Origin: a virus | Length of the DNA: 52,768 nt | Strand: one strand, 5' to 3' | Virus record (IMG/VR): IMGVR_UViG_3300045988_047893 | Part shown: positions 8,260-18,610 of the stretch, in pieces | How positions within the stretch are numbered: the first letter of the stretch is position 1 | Layout of the letters: each line of letters starts with the position of its first letter | The notes under the pieces: model-generated | Seen by the model: only the letters and a program-made list of their open reading frames with translations | Database searches by the model: none | What the model was told of the DNA's origin: nothing | Position numbers and translations under genes: made by a program

Positions 8260-8610
8260 ATGAGCATGGATCTTGCAAGAAAAGATTTCAGCACCGCGCC
8301 GAAGTATTTCATTGCTGGCGTGGACATTGGTATCGCAAAGGCAACCAAGACCGCAAGCGAAGCTGTGGAGGCACACGCCCCCGTGCTGATTGCAGACGGC
8401 AAGGTGAAGCCTATTGCGGCACCGGCAAGCGCAGGCACGGCAGTCCTGACCGGCCTGTACGGCATTACTGCTGACAGCGCAGACGCAAACAAGGAAGTGC
8501 CGGTCTATCTGACCGGCGAGTTCTTTGCTGACGGCCTGGTGCTGCCCAATAACGTGAGCGTGGACGACGTTGAAGTTCCTCTGCGCAATCTGGGCATTTT
8601 CCTGAAGTGA
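8260..8610 (+). CDS. Head decoration protein (gpD-like)
   Basis: 116 aa between protease and capsid. VPVYLTGEFFADGLV C-terminal pattern. Confidence 0.6.
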   Translation: MSMDLARKDFSTAPKYFIAGVDIGIAKATKTASEAVEAHAPVLIADGKVKPIAAPASAGTAVLTGLYGITADSADANKEVPVYLTGEFFADGLVLPNNVSVDDVEVPLRNLGIFLK

Positions 8611-8625
8611 TAGGAGGAAACAAAA

Positions 8626-9663
8626 ATGGCAAACGAAATCAACATTTATGAGCCGCGGTATCTGGCCGAGGCTGTGCGCACCGCACCCCCGATCTGCACT
8701 TTCCTGCGCGATCGTTTCTTCTCCAAGGTTAAGACGTTCCCCACTAAGAACGTTGACATTGATATCGTCAAGGGCAACCGCAAGATGGCAGCTTTCGTCC
8801 ATCCCATGGTCGGTGGCGAGATCGTGCAGAACGAGGGCTACGAGACCAAGTCCTATGCACCGCCGCTTATCAACCCGGCAACTGTCACCACCGCAGATAT
8901 GTTCCTGCAGCGCCTGCCCGGTGAGGATATCTACTCCGGCCGCACCCCTGCTGACCGTGCAGCAGAAAAGCTGACCGAGGAATACAACAAGCTGAACGAC
9001 ATGACCACTCGACGCGAAGAGTGGATGGCAGCCCAGGTACTTACCACCGGTCAGCTGAAGGTGAAGGGCAAGGGCGTGGATGAAGTCATCGACTTTGGCT
9101 TCACCAACAAGATCAATCTGAAGGACACGGAGCAGTGGGGTAAGTCTGCTGCCGATACCATGGGCAACCTGCGCGAATGGAAGCGGCAGGTGAGCCGCAA
9201 CGGCTTTGCAAATGCAAACATGGTGATTATGGGCAAGCTGGCCGCAAACCACTTTATGAGCGACAGCAATGTTCTGGATCTGATGGACAAGCGCCGGTTC
9301 GACATTGGTGCTATGGCACCCAAGGAGCTGGAAGGCGGTCTGAACTACTACGGCCACCTGAATCTGCCCGGCGTGGACATCTACGGCTATGACGAAGTGT
9401 ATCTGGATGAGGAAACCGGAGAGACAAAGCCTCTGATCCCGGATAATATGGTGCTGATGATCCCCAGCAACGCAAACTTCATGCGCGCATACGGTCTGTG
9501 CACCTATCTGGACGATGACAAGGTGTGGCACACTGCAGAGACCACCCGCCTGCTGCGTTCTTATGTGGAACACCGTCCTGACCGCCGCTTCCTGGAACTG
9601 CAGACCCACCCGCTGCTGATCCCCGACAAGGTGGATAGCTGGCTGGTTGCTACCGTCTGCTGA
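8626..9663 (+). CDS. Major capsid protein, lambda gpE family
   Basis: 345 aa. N-terminus IYEPRYLAEAVRTAPPICTFLRDRFF resembles the phage capsid E family. Confidence 0.85.
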   Translation: MANEINIYEPRYLAEAVRTAPPICTFLRDRFFSKVKTFPTKNVDIDIVKGNRKMAAFVHPMVGGEIVQNEGYETKSYAPPLINPATVTTADMFLQRLPGEDIYSGRTPADRAAEKLTEEYNKLNDMTTRREEWMAAQVLTTGQLKVKGKGVDEVIDFGFTNKINLKDTEQWGKSAADTMGNLREWKRQVSRNGFANANMVIMGKLAANHFMSDSNVLDLMDKRRFDIGAMAPKELEGGLNYYGHLNLPGVDIYGYDEVYLDEETGETKPLIPDNMVLMIPSNANFMRAYGLCTYLDDDKVWHTAETTRLLRSYVEHRPDRRFLELQTHPLLIPDKVDSWLVATVC

Positions 9664-9682
9664 TACGGGAAGGAGCGCGGAT

Positions 9683-10072
9683 ATGCTGGATGTTGACCAG
9701 AACTACGGCACACCGGAAACTCCGAAACCGTTCCCTACGTTCAAAGAATGCGTTGCGCAGGATGTGCAGAACGTGATCTTCAACTCAAACGAGTTTGCGG
9801 AAGAACGGTACATAGATGATAAGCTGATGCTCTGTATCACGCAGCACCCCGGCGTACTTGAACGTCCGGCGCACTGGGAGGGCGGAGCAAAGCAATCCTT
9901 TGACCAGGGTATGTACAAGGCCGACCTGCTGCTTTTTGTGAAGCAGAAGGACTACGGCCCTATGCCGAAGAGTGGCAAGCAGATCACCTTGGACAAGAAA
10001 CGGATCTACAACATCAAATCATGCTCCCTGAAAGCGGGTATGTATCGCATGGAACTGGAAAGGGTGAGGTAA
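9683..10072 (+). CDS. Head-tail connector or head completion protein (hypothetical)
   Basis: ATG 9683 after GGAAGGAG. The call rests only on position after the capsid gene. Confidence 0.4.
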   Translation: MLDVDQNYGTPETPKPFPTFKECVAQDVQNVIFNSNEFAEERYIDDKLMLCITQHPGVLERPAHWEGGAKQSFDQGMYKADLLLFVKQKDYGPMPKSGKQITLDKKRIYNIKSCSLKAGMYRMELERVR

Positions 10073-10073
10073 G

Positions 10074-10778
10074 TTGGCATACTTCCATACCAACTATGAC
10101 GCTTCCAACCTGATGGTCTCCGTTGATGACGCGGAAGTGACCCGCGCTCTTGGCGTACTGGGAAACAAAACCCCGGCGGCGTTGAAGGTGGCCGTAAACA
10201 CAACGGCCCGGCAGACGCGCAAGCTGATGCTGACCGAAGTGAAGAAACGTTACGACCTGAACGCGGCAGGCAGACGCATGATCGAAGATCTGCGCCAGCG
10301 CCAGAAGGCCACCAACCGGCGGCCTACCGCTATCCTTGCTATTATGAAGAACGACCCCGGTGCATTCCGGGCAGACCTGGGCTATTTCAGAACCAGCCCC
10401 ACAAAGCCCTTCATGGGTCCGTCTGTTCGCAATGCGCCGCCCGTTTTTCGGGCGCGTGTCCTGAAAGACAGTCCAATGATCGCTCTGGGCGGAACAAGCG
10501 ATAAGAGCAAGGGCTTCTTGGTACAGTTCAAGTCGAAGCATATCGGCATGGTACAGCGTCAGCTCGGAATACCTGCGGATAAGGACTACACGGAGAGCGG
10601 AAAGAAACGTTGGAAACCGAACGAGAAGCTGGCAACACTGTCCAGCCCTTCCGGCTCTGCGATGCACCATACCGTGTGGGAGATGCAGGAGCAGACGGTG
10701 GAGCAGATGCTGCAGCAGAACACGGAACGGCGCGTCCGGCAACTGATCGCCAATGCAAAACGAAAGGGTGTGATCTGA
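10074..10778 (+). CDS. Tail completion protein, gpZ-like
   Basis: TTG start after GGTGAGG. ALKVAVNTTARQTRKLMLTEVKKRYDL and overall layout resemble lambda minor tail protein Z. Confidence 0.45.
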   Translation: MAYFHTNYDASNLMVSVDDAEVTRALGVLGNKTPAALKVAVNTTARQTRKLMLTEVKKRYDLNAAGRRMIEDLRQRQKATNRRPTAILAIMKNDPGAFRADLGYFRTSPTKPFMGPSVRNAPPVFRARVLKDSPMIALGGTSDKSKGFLVQFKSKHIGMVQRQLGIPADKDYTESGKKRWKPNEKLATLSSPSGSAMHHTVWEMQEQTVEQMLQQNTERRVRQLIANAKRKGVI

Positions 10779-10779
10779 T

Positions 10780-11286
10780 ATGGCTGAAAAAATCACCGGC
10801 TATACCAGCGAAATGTGCCAGCAGGCCATGATTGACGAGTTGAAGGAACTGTTCCGGGATATGAAGTTCACGGGGCAGGAAGGCGAAAAACAGCTGAAGA
10901 TCTTCAAGCAGTTTATCCCGTCCCCGACCGATGATGACGACGATGTGGATACCAATAGATCCAACTTCCCGTGCATCATCGTATCAAGAACGAGTGGCGA
11001 GGTGGTGAACGAAAAGGATCCGCAATTGGTCCTTTTGCAGCTTATCATCTGCTGTTATGACCCGAAAACAGACCGGCAGGGATATGAGGACACCGGAAAC
11101 ATCATCGAAGCCATCATGCAGCACTTCAAGCGGAAGCCTGTGTTTGGCGAGGCTTTCAAAGTGGGATATCCACGCAAATGGGATCTTTCGGATGATGACA
11201 TGGACTTCTACTACTGGGGCATTGTCAACCTGATCTGCGAAACGCCCAACACCCTGAAAAACGAAGAAGTGGAGGCTTTGATATGA
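10780..11286 (+). CDS. Tail terminator or sheath-stabiliser-like structural protein
   Basis: 168 aa. The call rests only on position upstream of the sheath gene. Confidence 0.35.
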   Translation: MAEKITGYTSEMCQQAMIDELKELFRDMKFTGQEGEKQLKIFKQFIPSPTDDDDDVDTNRSNFPCIIVSRTSGEVVNEKDPQLVLLQLIICCYDPKTDRQGYEDTGNIIEAIMQHFKRKPVFGEAFKVGYPRKWDLSDDDMDFYYWGIVNLICETPNTLKNEEVEALI

Positions 11287-11576
11287 GCATCGAAAAGACC
11301 GAAAAGAAAACCGAGGCTGTGAAAGAAGCACAGCCTGTGACGGAAACCACCGGCGCTGCGGCGTACTGCGGGCCGACCGTCAAGGGCATTGCCCCGCAGT
11401 ACACCGTATTCGTGGATGGCCTGCCCGAAAAGCTGAAAGAAAAAGTGGAGCAGGTGCCGTTCCTGAAGGCGCTGATCGTTCCGCTGGACAAGCTCGCAGA
11501 AATGCGCGTGAAGATCGAACAGGACGGCACCAGAGAGAACATTCTCTACAAGAAGGCCACCGACCTGATGAAGTAA
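11283..11576 (+). CDS. Hypothetical structural protein
   Basis: 97-aa ORF, translationally coupled, lying between tail genes. Confidence 0.4.
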   Translation: MSIEKTEKKTEAVKEAQPVTETTGAAAYCGPTVKGIAPQYTVFVDGLPEKLKEKVEQVPFLKALIVPLDKLAEMRVKIEQDGTRENILYKKATDLMK

Positions 11577-11590
11577 GGAGGATATGACAA

Positions 11591-13048
11591 ATGGCTATTT
11601 CTCATGGCTTTAACAAGACCGAAGCAGCGACCAGCGTCACCGCTCCGGTAACGGTCAACTCCGGCCTGCAGATCGTTGTGGGTACGGCCCCCGTTAATAT
11701 GCTGGATGACCCGGAAGCAGCGGTGAATACGCCGATGCTGGTGAATACCTTCAAAGAAGCTGCCGCCGCAGTGGGCTATTCCGACGATTTTGCAAAGTAT
11801 ACCCTGTGTGAGGCGGTGAGCGCCAGTTTTCAGGTGATGGGCATTTCCCCCATCGTCGTGGTCAACGTCCTGGATCCTGCGAATGCAAAGCACATCACTG
11901 AACTGTCCAACAAGACCGTTCAGGTGAATGACGGCATTGCAGAGATCGACGAGACCGGCATCCTGCTGAAAAAGCTGGTCGTGAAGAAGGAGCAGACCGT
12001 GCTCACGGCGGACGAGGACTATTCGGCCAGCTTCAATGATGATGGCACTGTGAGCATCGCCCTGGTCAACGGCGGCAAAGGCGACGGCGCAACGGCCCTG
12101 ACCGTTTCCGGTTCCATTCTTGACCCGACCAAAATCACCGCTGCCGACATCGTGGGCGGCGTGAATGCGGCCACCGGCGCAGAGACCGGACTGGAAGTGG
12201 TAAGACAGGTGTTCCCCAAGCTGGGCATGGTTCCCGGCATTCTGCTGGCACCCCGCTTCTCCAAGGATCCCATGGTGTGCGCAGCGCTCCAGGCAAAGTG
12301 CCGCAAGATCAATGGCGTTTTCGATGCAGTGTGCTTTGTTGACATCGACAGTTCCGCTTCCGGTGCACGCAAGTACACCGACGTGGCAAACCAGAAGGTC
12401 AAGCAGGGCGCAACTTCTCGTGAAGCATATGGCCTGTGGCTGTACGGCAAGATCGGCAGCACCATCTACAGCGGTAGCTCTCTGGCCGCTGCTGCGGCAG
12501 TCTACAACGACAGCCTGTACAACGACACGCCTAATGCCAGCCCGTCCAATGTCAGCGTACCCATTTCCTCCGCCTGCCTGGAAGATGGCACCGAAGTCCT
12601 GATGGATCAGGAGCAGGGCAATGTGCTGAATGAGCAGGGCGTGGCGACCTTCATCCGCTCCGGCGACTTTGTTGTGTGGGGCAATGAGACCTGCTGCTAC
12701 CCGAAAAACACCGACCCGAAGGACGCTTTCCTTTGTGTCCGCCGCTTCTTCAACCACTCCTGGACCAGCTTTGTTCTGGACAACATGAGCAAGCTGGATA
12801 AGCCCATGAACAAGAAGCGCCTTCAGTCCATCATCGACAGCGAGAACATGAAGGGCAGCGTCTATGTCTCTACCGAGGTATGCGCCAGCTACAGCATGAA
12901 GGCAGACCCCGACCGCAACACGACCGCTGAACTGGTTGCAGGACACTACTCCTTCTATCAGTTCTGCACGCCGTTCCCGCCTTTTAAGCAGATCAACAAC
13001 ACCATGGAGTATGAGGCCGGCGCACTGACCTCGGCTCTGTCTCTGTAA
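11591..13048 (+). CDS. Contractile tail sheath protein
   Basis: 485 aa. N-terminus SGLQIVVGTAPVN..VNTPMLVNTF is typical of the P2 FI / Mu L sheath family. Followed by the tube gene. Confidence 0.85.
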   Translation: MAISHGFNKTEAATSVTAPVTVNSGLQIVVGTAPVNMLDDPEAAVNTPMLVNTFKEAAAAVGYSDDFAKYTLCEAVSASFQVMGISPIVVVNVLDPANAKHITELSNKTVQVNDGIAEIDETGILLKKLVVKKEQTVLTADEDYSASFNDDGTVSIALVNGGKGDGATALTVSGSILDPTKITAADIVGGVNAATGAETGLEVVRQVFPKLGMVPGILLAPRFSKDPMVCAALQAKCRKINGVFDAVCFVDIDSSASGARKYTDVANQKVKQGATSREAYGLWLYGKIGSTIYSGSSLAAAAAVYNDSLYNDTPNASPSNVSVPISSACLEDGTEVLMDQEQGNVLNEQGVATFIRSGDFVVWGNETCCYPKNTDPKDAFLCVRRFFNHSWTSFVLDNMSKLDKPMNKKRLQSIIDSENMKGSVYVSTEVCASYSMKADPDRNTTAELVAGHYSFYQFCTPFPPFKQINNTMEYEAGALTSALSL

Positions 13049-13064
13049 GCAGGAGGAATGACCT

Positions 13065-13598
13065 ATGGCTCTGAATATTTCCAGTGACCTGGTTCCCCAG
13101 GTCATCAATGACTACAATGCGTACACGGAAGATGACCTGCTCATTGGTCTGGCAGATGAAGTCACCCTGCCCAAGATCAAGAACAAGACCACCTCCGTGT
13201 CCGGCATGGGCATTGCAGGCGAAGTCGATTCTCCCGTGCCCGGTCAGTTTGAATCCATGGAGGCAACGCTGAACTGGAACACCATGTACAGCTACGCCAC
13301 CAAGATGATGAACCCCAACAAGAACATCCAGATTACCCTGCGTGCTGCCATGCAGAACGACAACAAGAACGGCGGCTACACCTACAAGGGCCTGCGCGTC
13401 GTCCTGGGTGGTCGTCCCAAGGAACTGGATCCCGGCAAGCTGAAGCGTGCCGACACCATGGGCAGCACCACCACGCTGGAAGTCACCCGTTACCTGATGG
13501 AGGTTGACGGCACTACTGTTATCGACATCGACAAGTTTGCGGGCCGCTACTATGTCGATGGCGAGGATATGCGTGCCGAGATCAACGCTCTTATCTAA
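13065..13598 (+). CDS. Tail tube protein (P2 FII-like)
   Basis: 177 aa. NDYNAYTEDD..VTLPKIKNKTTSVSGMGIAGEVDSPVPGQFESMEATLNWN matches the FII-type tube pattern. Confidence 0.8.
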   Translation: MALNISSDLVPQVINDYNAYTEDDLLIGLADEVTLPKIKNKTTSVSGMGIAGEVDSPVPGQFESMEATLNWNTMYSYATKMMNPNKNIQITLRAAMQNDNKNGGYTYKGLRVVLGGRPKELDPGKLKRADTMGSTTTLEVTRYLMEVDGTTVIDIDKFAGRYYVDGEDMRAEINALI

Positions 13599-13616
13599 AC
13601 CCGATACATGAAGAAG

Positions 13617-13650
13617 TCAGCCGTCCCGGCGTGGGGCGGCTGATTGTCTT
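13617..13650 (+). terminator. Hairpin after the tube gene (partial terminator or attenuator)
   Basis: CAGCCGTCCC pairs with GGGGCGGCTG (one G.T), then ATTGTCTTTT. Confidence 0.4.
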
Positions 13651-13667
13651 TTGGAAAGGAAACAGCA

Positions 13668-14291
13668 ATGGACAATATCGTGAAGTTCGACAAGCCCTAT
13701 AAGTTCGAGGGCAAGGAGTACGACAGCCTGGATCTGTCCGGTATGGAGAAGATGACCGTGCAGGACTTGATCGACATTCAGAAAAGCATCGGCAACGAGA
13801 CGGCGGCCATGTACGCGATGGAAATGACCACTTCCTTTGCACAGGAAATGGCTGTTAAGGCTACTGGAAAGCCGGTGGAGTTCTTCAAGCTCATGCCCCG
13901 CGGCAAGATCAAGAAAGTGCAGGCGGCGGTTATCAAGGGCATGGATAACAGCGAGAACGCCGATGAAGTGAAAAAGCAGCTGGAATCTCACACCCTGAAG
14001 TTTGCAGCGCCCTACACCTACGAGGGCAGCGAAAAGGCGGAACTGAAGGGCAAGACCTTTGACGGCATCGACCTGTCCGGCGTGGGCGAACTGAACACTA
14101 TGAGCGAATCCATGGCAGAAAACCGTATGGCTGCGGGCGGATTTGCACCGGTGAATACGCATCGCAACTACCTGTACTGCTGCATCATCGCCAGCATGGG
14201 CACCGGCTACCCGGTGGACTTCTTTGCTGGTCTGCCGCTGTGCGAGGCGGTTAAGTTGCGTGATGCTGTAAACTCTGATTTTTTCGAGTAA
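13668..14291 (+). CDS. Tail assembly chaperone (P2 gpE-like), short form
   Basis: ATG 13668 after GGAAAGGAA. Two internal repeats (VKFDKPYKFEGKEYDSLDLSGME and LKFAAPYTYEG..FDGIDLSGVGE). Immediately upstream of the tape measure. Confidence 0.75.
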   Translation: MDNIVKFDKPYKFEGKEYDSLDLSGMEKMTVQDLIDIQKSIGNETAAMYAMEMTTSFAQEMAVKATGKPVEFFKLMPRGKIKKVQAAVIKGMDNSENADEVKKQLESHTLKFAAPYTYEGSEKAELKGKTFDGIDLSGVGELNTMSESMAENRMAAGGFAPVNTHRNYLYCCIIASMGTGYPVDFFAGLPLCEAVKLRDAVNSDFFE

Positions 14292-14440
14292 AAGGCGGGG
14301 CAAAAGGACTTCGGAAAGCGGCTATCCAGCTATCCATTGCCACGCATTCCAACATGACAGATCTGCTGCACCTGCCCCGGCGGGAGCTGGTGGATCTGTG
14401 TAACGAGGTGGCAGACGTATGGCGGGAAATGGAGCACTAG
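13668..14440 (+). CDS. Tail assembly chaperone, -1 frameshift-extended form (E+E'-like)
   Basis: Slippery T_TTT_TTC at 14279-14285, 4 nt before the zero-frame stop. The -1 frame stays open to TAG 14438-14440 and encodes ..SIATHSNMTDLLHLPRRELVDLCNEVADVWREMEH. Confidence 0.7.
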
Positions 14441-17400
14441 ACCTCAGCATCCGCATCATGGGCAAGGTGGACCCGTCCCTTGTAACTGCAATAAAGCAGA
14501 CGAAGGGGCTGACCGGTGATCTGGCAAACGCATTGACGGGAACCAAGTCACTGGGCAGCACGGTAGCAAACACTCTGGGCGTAATCGGAAAGACTGGGCT
14601 TGGAATCATGGCGACGCTGACAACTGTGTCCGCTGTCATGATTAAAAAGACAACCTCCATGGCAGAGGAATACCAAGCCCAGGCGGCAGATGCAGTCAAG
14701 TATGTTGGCGGCATCATGAACGATGACGGCAGCATTGACCCGGAAAAGCGTGCCACCATGGAGGACGCGATCCTCAAGATGACCACGCAGGTCCCAATCA
14801 AACGGGACGAGATGGCGCAGATCGCCGCATCGCTGGGACAGTCCGGTAAGAGCTATGAGCAAATCTTTCTGGATAACCAGCAAACCGGAGAAAAAAGCTA
14901 CCTGTACGATACGGCCCGGCTAGCTGCCGCGTGGGACATTGATGCAAAGTCTGCGGCCGATTATATGGCAAAGTGGGAAACCGCTTTTGGTAAGACCCAC
15001 AACCAGATTATCGACATTGCAGATTCCATCAACTATCTGGGCGGCCACATGGCTACCACGGCGGCGGAAATCGCCAGCGTGGTGAATACGTCCGGCGGTG
15101 TCGGCCAGACAGCCGGCGTTGACCTGCACACGACCTCTGCGCTGGCAGCCACCATGCTGGCTATGGGCGTTAATGAGGGAAAGGCTGGAACAAGCCTGAA
15201 CCGTGTGTTTACAAACATCACCCTTGGCAACAGTGCAACGGATGCGCAGGTGGGCGCATGGAACAAACTCGGTTTTGATCCTGTGCAGATTGCAAAGGAT
15301 ATGCAGTCCACCGGGCCGAACGGAGAAGATGGTGCGGCAAGCACTCTGTACAAAGTCTTTGAGGCGATCTCGAAACAGGACAAGTACCAGCAGACTGCGA
15401 CCATCAAGACACTGTTTGGACAGTGGGCCATTGAGGGCGTTTCAAAAATTGTGGGCAACTTGCCTGCGTTCCAGAATGCCTTGCTTATGGCTGGTGATAC
15501 CAGCGCATACAGCGGCAGCATGGAGAAAGAATTGCTTGTTCGTCTGGACACCAGCGAAGCGGTAAGCCAGATGGCAAGTAATGCGACAGACCGCCTGCTT
15601 ATCAAGATGGGCAATCAGTTCCTTCCGGCAAAGAAAGAACTGACATCCATGTGGATCGACATAGCAAACGGTATCACCGAGAGCTTGCCAGATCTGTCCA
15701 ACATCGTCAATGGCATTCTGCCGATGTTGCGCTCCGCGCTGCTTGGAATTGGCAATGCGGCGCAGGCGGCATTGCCGTGGATCCAGAAGGGCATCGACTA
15801 CACTGCAGAGCATGGGCCGGAAGTGGCAGGGGCCATTGCTGCCATAGTCGCGGCGTTCGGAGCTATGAGCTTTGCACCGACGGCTTATAGCACAGGATCC
15901 TCGCTGCTGAACACCATCGGGAACATTGCAATCGGCGGAAAACCGAGCGGTGCCCCAGGCGGAACATTCGGAGGCATCACTGTCCGAAATCTGATGGGCG
16001 CACTGACACCCACAAACCTGATCCAACGGGCAGTTGGTGGCGCATCCTTTGTAAAATCGAATGCCGGAATGTTTGCTGAAAATGCAAAGTACGGCGTTCA
16101 GATGGCCGGTGCCGGAGCGCAGCAGCCCACAACGCGCCTTGGAAAAATTGGGCAGACGTTGGACGGCGCTGGTGTCGGCATCTGGGCAACACTGAAAAAT
16201 TTCAAGGGCCTGCGAAGCGGAACCAAGAAAGGAAACACCGGTTTTGTAAATGATGTGCTGGAAGCTAGCACGAACGGTGGCCTGCTGGGCGTGCTGAAAA
16301 ACTCCGGCTCCGGTAGGTATGTTTCCAATGTCGGGCAATCGCTGGGCGGCCTGAAAAATGCTCTGGTGGGGTTCGGAAGCGGCAATCCGGTTGGACGATT
16401 TATCGCCAAGACCGGCGGTGTTGCGGGACAGATTCTTTCCGGCATTGCAGGACCGAACGGTCTTGACCTTGGAGGTATGGCCGGTGGAGTGAAAAATTTC
16501 CTCGGTGCAGGAAAGACGGTCATTGGAAATGGGCTGTCCAATGCATGGCAGACCGTCAGCCAGTCCAAAGTGGGTTCTACCGTCCTCGGTGTCGGCAGCA
16601 AGGTGGCGGGTGCAGCATCCAAAATCGGCGGCGGCGCTTTGAGCACGGTGAAGGGAGCTTTGAATGTCGGCGGCGCAGGGCTGAACGTACTGGGTACGAC
16701 GGTAGGCCCAGTGGCCGCAAAACTGGGCGGCGGTTTTATGTCGCTGCTTGGCACATTCGGCCCCGTTATTACCGGTATCGGTACGATCATTGCGGCGGTT
16801 TCACTGCTGGGAGATCACTTCGAGGACATCCGCAACATCGTCGGAACAGTATTTGGCGAAGGCGGGCTTGCCGTCTTTGACAAATTCACCGGAAAGATAG
16901 CGGGTATCGGCGACACCGTGAAGCAGGTGTTCGGGCAACTCACCACCCCGGAGGGCTTGCAGAGCATCCAGGAAAAGCTATCCGGCTTCAGTATCGGAGG
17001 GCTAAATCTGGGTGACGTGTTCGGAGCTATGACCCCTGCCATCCAGACGGTTATGCCGTTGATTGAATCGTTCGCCGGTGTGTTCTCTCAGATTGTAGAT
17101 CTGGGAGTAAACCACATCAAGCCGGTGCTGACTGAGATCTTCGGCTTTATCGTGAATGAAGGCATTCCGGCGGTCATGCCGCTGCTGTCTACGGTGGTAA
17201 GCCTGGTAGGCACCACACTGGTCAACGCCATCAAGGTGGCGGTGGATCTGGTGGGTAAGGTGCTTCCTGTGGTAGAGCCTGTGATTCTGGGCATCATCGG
17301 CTTCCTGAAGCAGGTTGCAACCATCGGCGTGAAAGCGGTCAACTTCATCATTGGGGCGCTGAACAAAATTCAGCTCACAATACCGGAAACGCTGTTCGGC

Positions 17401-18411
17401 ATTCCGGTTCCGGTGATCGGCGGTAAGTCGTTCGGATTCAACCTGTCACCCGTGTCCGTCCCGGCATTTGCCAACGGCGGCATGACGCAGGGACCGTCTA
17501 TTGCTGGTGAGGCTGGCCCGGAAGCCGTTATCAGCTTCCGGCGCGGCGTTCGTGAAAAGAACATTGATACCTGGCTGACCGCTGGTAAGCTGCTGGGCGT
17601 TGGTCTGGGTGATCTGCTGGGGTTGCCCGGCAGAAAGCCGAAGATGTTCGCGGACGGTGGTTTTACAGAAGAAGATTCTAACCTGATCGACTTCAACAGA
17701 GCACGTCGCCAGCAGTATTACAACCAGGTGGCTCAAAGTTTTGACACTATGGTTCAGCCTGTTGCAGCGGCATTGGTACTGGGGTCCGACGCTGGTGTGG
17801 CGTTCAGCCGTATCACGGAGATCGCCAACTATGCAGTAGATGGGCTGGAAACTCTGGCGGCAATGCCGACACCTACCGTGTCGGATGACCAGGGCAAAGC
17901 CCAACAGCTGCTGAACACCGGAATCGGGAAAGTGATTGCTGGTGCCAAGTCTGTTCTTGCAAACGAAAATACTCAGAAGGCAATCCGGTTTATCCGGGGA
18001 GCAGATGCGGAAAAGGCAAAGCTGGAATACGCTGCAAACCCGGACAACTACGACCTGAGCAATGTAAACTTCTTCCCGACGGCTGGAAACAGTGAACTGA
18101 CAAGGCAAAATCTGTCGATGCTGGCAGACCTTCAGAACTACCAGCAGGAAGTAGAGCTGAAGCCCATCGGCGGGAGCGAAGATGCTTCTGGTGGCAGCAC
18201 CGGGAACCAGCGCGGTGGATTGAGCAACAGCTACCAGCGTACCTATACGAGTTCCAGCGGAAACACATATGTTTATGCACCAAACTTCACCATCTACGGC
18301 AGCATGAATGCCGAAGATCTACGTTCCATTATGGACGAAGGTTACGAGAAGTTCTGCGAGTATGTGGAACGGTACGAACGCGAAAAGAGGCGCACGCAGT
18401 ATGGCACTTGA
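14419..18411 (+). CDS. Tail tape measure protein
   Basis: 1330 aa. Follows the chaperone pair. Long Gly/Ala-rich helical and repeat regions. Confidence 0.9.
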   Translation: MAGNGALDLSIRIMGKVDPSLVTAIKQTKGLTGDLANALTGTKSLGSTVANTLGVIGKTGLGIMATLTTVSAVMIKKTTSMAEEYQAQAADAVKYVGGIMNDDGSIDPEKRATMEDAILKMTTQVPIKRDEMAQIAASLGQSGKSYEQIFLDNQQTGEKSYLYDTARLAAAWDIDAKSAADYMAKWETAFGKTHNQIIDIADSINYLGGHMATTAAEIASVVNTSGGVGQTAGVDLHTTSALAATMLAMGVNEGKAGTSLNRVFTNITLGNSATDAQVGAWNKLGFDPVQIAKDMQSTGPNGEDGAASTLYKVFEAISKQDKYQQTATIKTLFGQWAIEGVSKIVGNLPAFQNALLMAGDTSAYSGSMEKELLVRLDTSEAVSQMASNATDRLLIKMGNQFLPAKKELTSMWIDIANGITESLPDLSNIVNGILPMLRSALLGIGNAAQAALPWIQKGIDYTAEHGPEVAGAIAAIVAAFGAMSFAPTAYSTGSSLLNTIGNIAIGGKPSGAPGGTFGGITVRNLMGALTPTNLIQRAVGGASFVKSNAGMFAENAKYGVQMAGAGAQQPTTRLGKIGQTLDGAGVGIWATLKNFKGLRSGTKKGNTGFVNDVLEASTNGGLLGVLKNSGSGRYVSNVGQSLGGLKNALVGFGSGNPVGRFIAKTGGVAGQILSGIAGPNGLDLGGMAGGVKNFLGAGKTVIGNGLSNAWQTVSQSKVGSTVLGVGSKVAGAASKIGGGALSTVKGALNVGGAGLNVLGTTVGPVAAKLGGGFMSLLGTFGPVITGIGTIIAAVSLLGDHFEDIRNIVGTVFGEGGLAVFDKFTGKIAGIGDTVKQVFGQLTTPEGLQSIQEKLSGFSIGGLNLGDVFGAMTPAIQTVMPLIESFAGVFSQIVDLGVNHIKPVLTEIFGFIVNEGIPAVMPLLSTVVSLVGTTLVNAIKVAVDLVGKVLPVVEPVILGIIGFLKQVATIGVKAVNFIIGALNKIQLTIPETLFGIPVPVIGGKSFGFNLSPVSVPAFANGGMTQGPSIAGEAGPEAVISFRRGVREKNIDTWLTAGKLLGVGLGDLLGLPGRKPKMFADGGFTEEDSNLIDFNRARRQQYYNQVAQSFDTMVQPVAAALVLGSDAGVAFSRITEIANYAVDGLETLAAMPTPTVSDDQGKAQQLLNTGIGKVIAGAKSVLANENTQKAIRFIRGADAEKAKLEYAANPDNYDLSNVNFFPTAGNSELTRQNLSMLADLQNYQQEVELKPIGGSEDASGGSTGNQRGGLSNSYQRTYTSSSGNTYVYAPNFTIYGSMNAEDLRSIMDEGYEKFCEYVERYEREKRRTQYGT

Positions 18412-18610
18412 TTACACCACAAAGTCCGGTGACACCTGGGATCTGATTGCCCTGAACGTGTACGGAAGCGAGCTGAAAGCCGATTGGCTGATGCAGAACA
18501 ACCCCAGATATATCCATATCGTCCGGTTCGATTCCGGCACGGTGCTGTCAACACCAGCTCTGCCGGCTGAAAAGAGCGGAGACCTTCCGCCCTGGAAGGC
18601 AGGTGCATGA
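18401..18610 (+). CDS. LysM-like tail protein X
   Basis: MALDYTTKSGDTWDLIALNVYG..; a small protein between the tape measure and the gpD-like gene, as in P2. Confidence 0.7.
   Translation: MALDYTTKSGDTWDLIALNVYGSELKADWLMQNNPRYIHIVRFDSGTVLSTPALPAEKSGDLPPWKAGA

Noticed and set aside
6975-8492. Long antisense ORFs. Examples: 6975-8492 (-), 8155-9609 (-), 11546-13108 (-), 22653-24854 (-), 25385-26641 (-), 27844-28902 (-), 46130-47062 (+), 48801-49766 (+) and 50203-51219 (+)
   Set aside because: Each lies opposite a gene with clear family motifs and an RBS. Their products are Arg/Gly/Cys/His-rich with no motifs. These are typical shadow ORFs of GC-rich DNA
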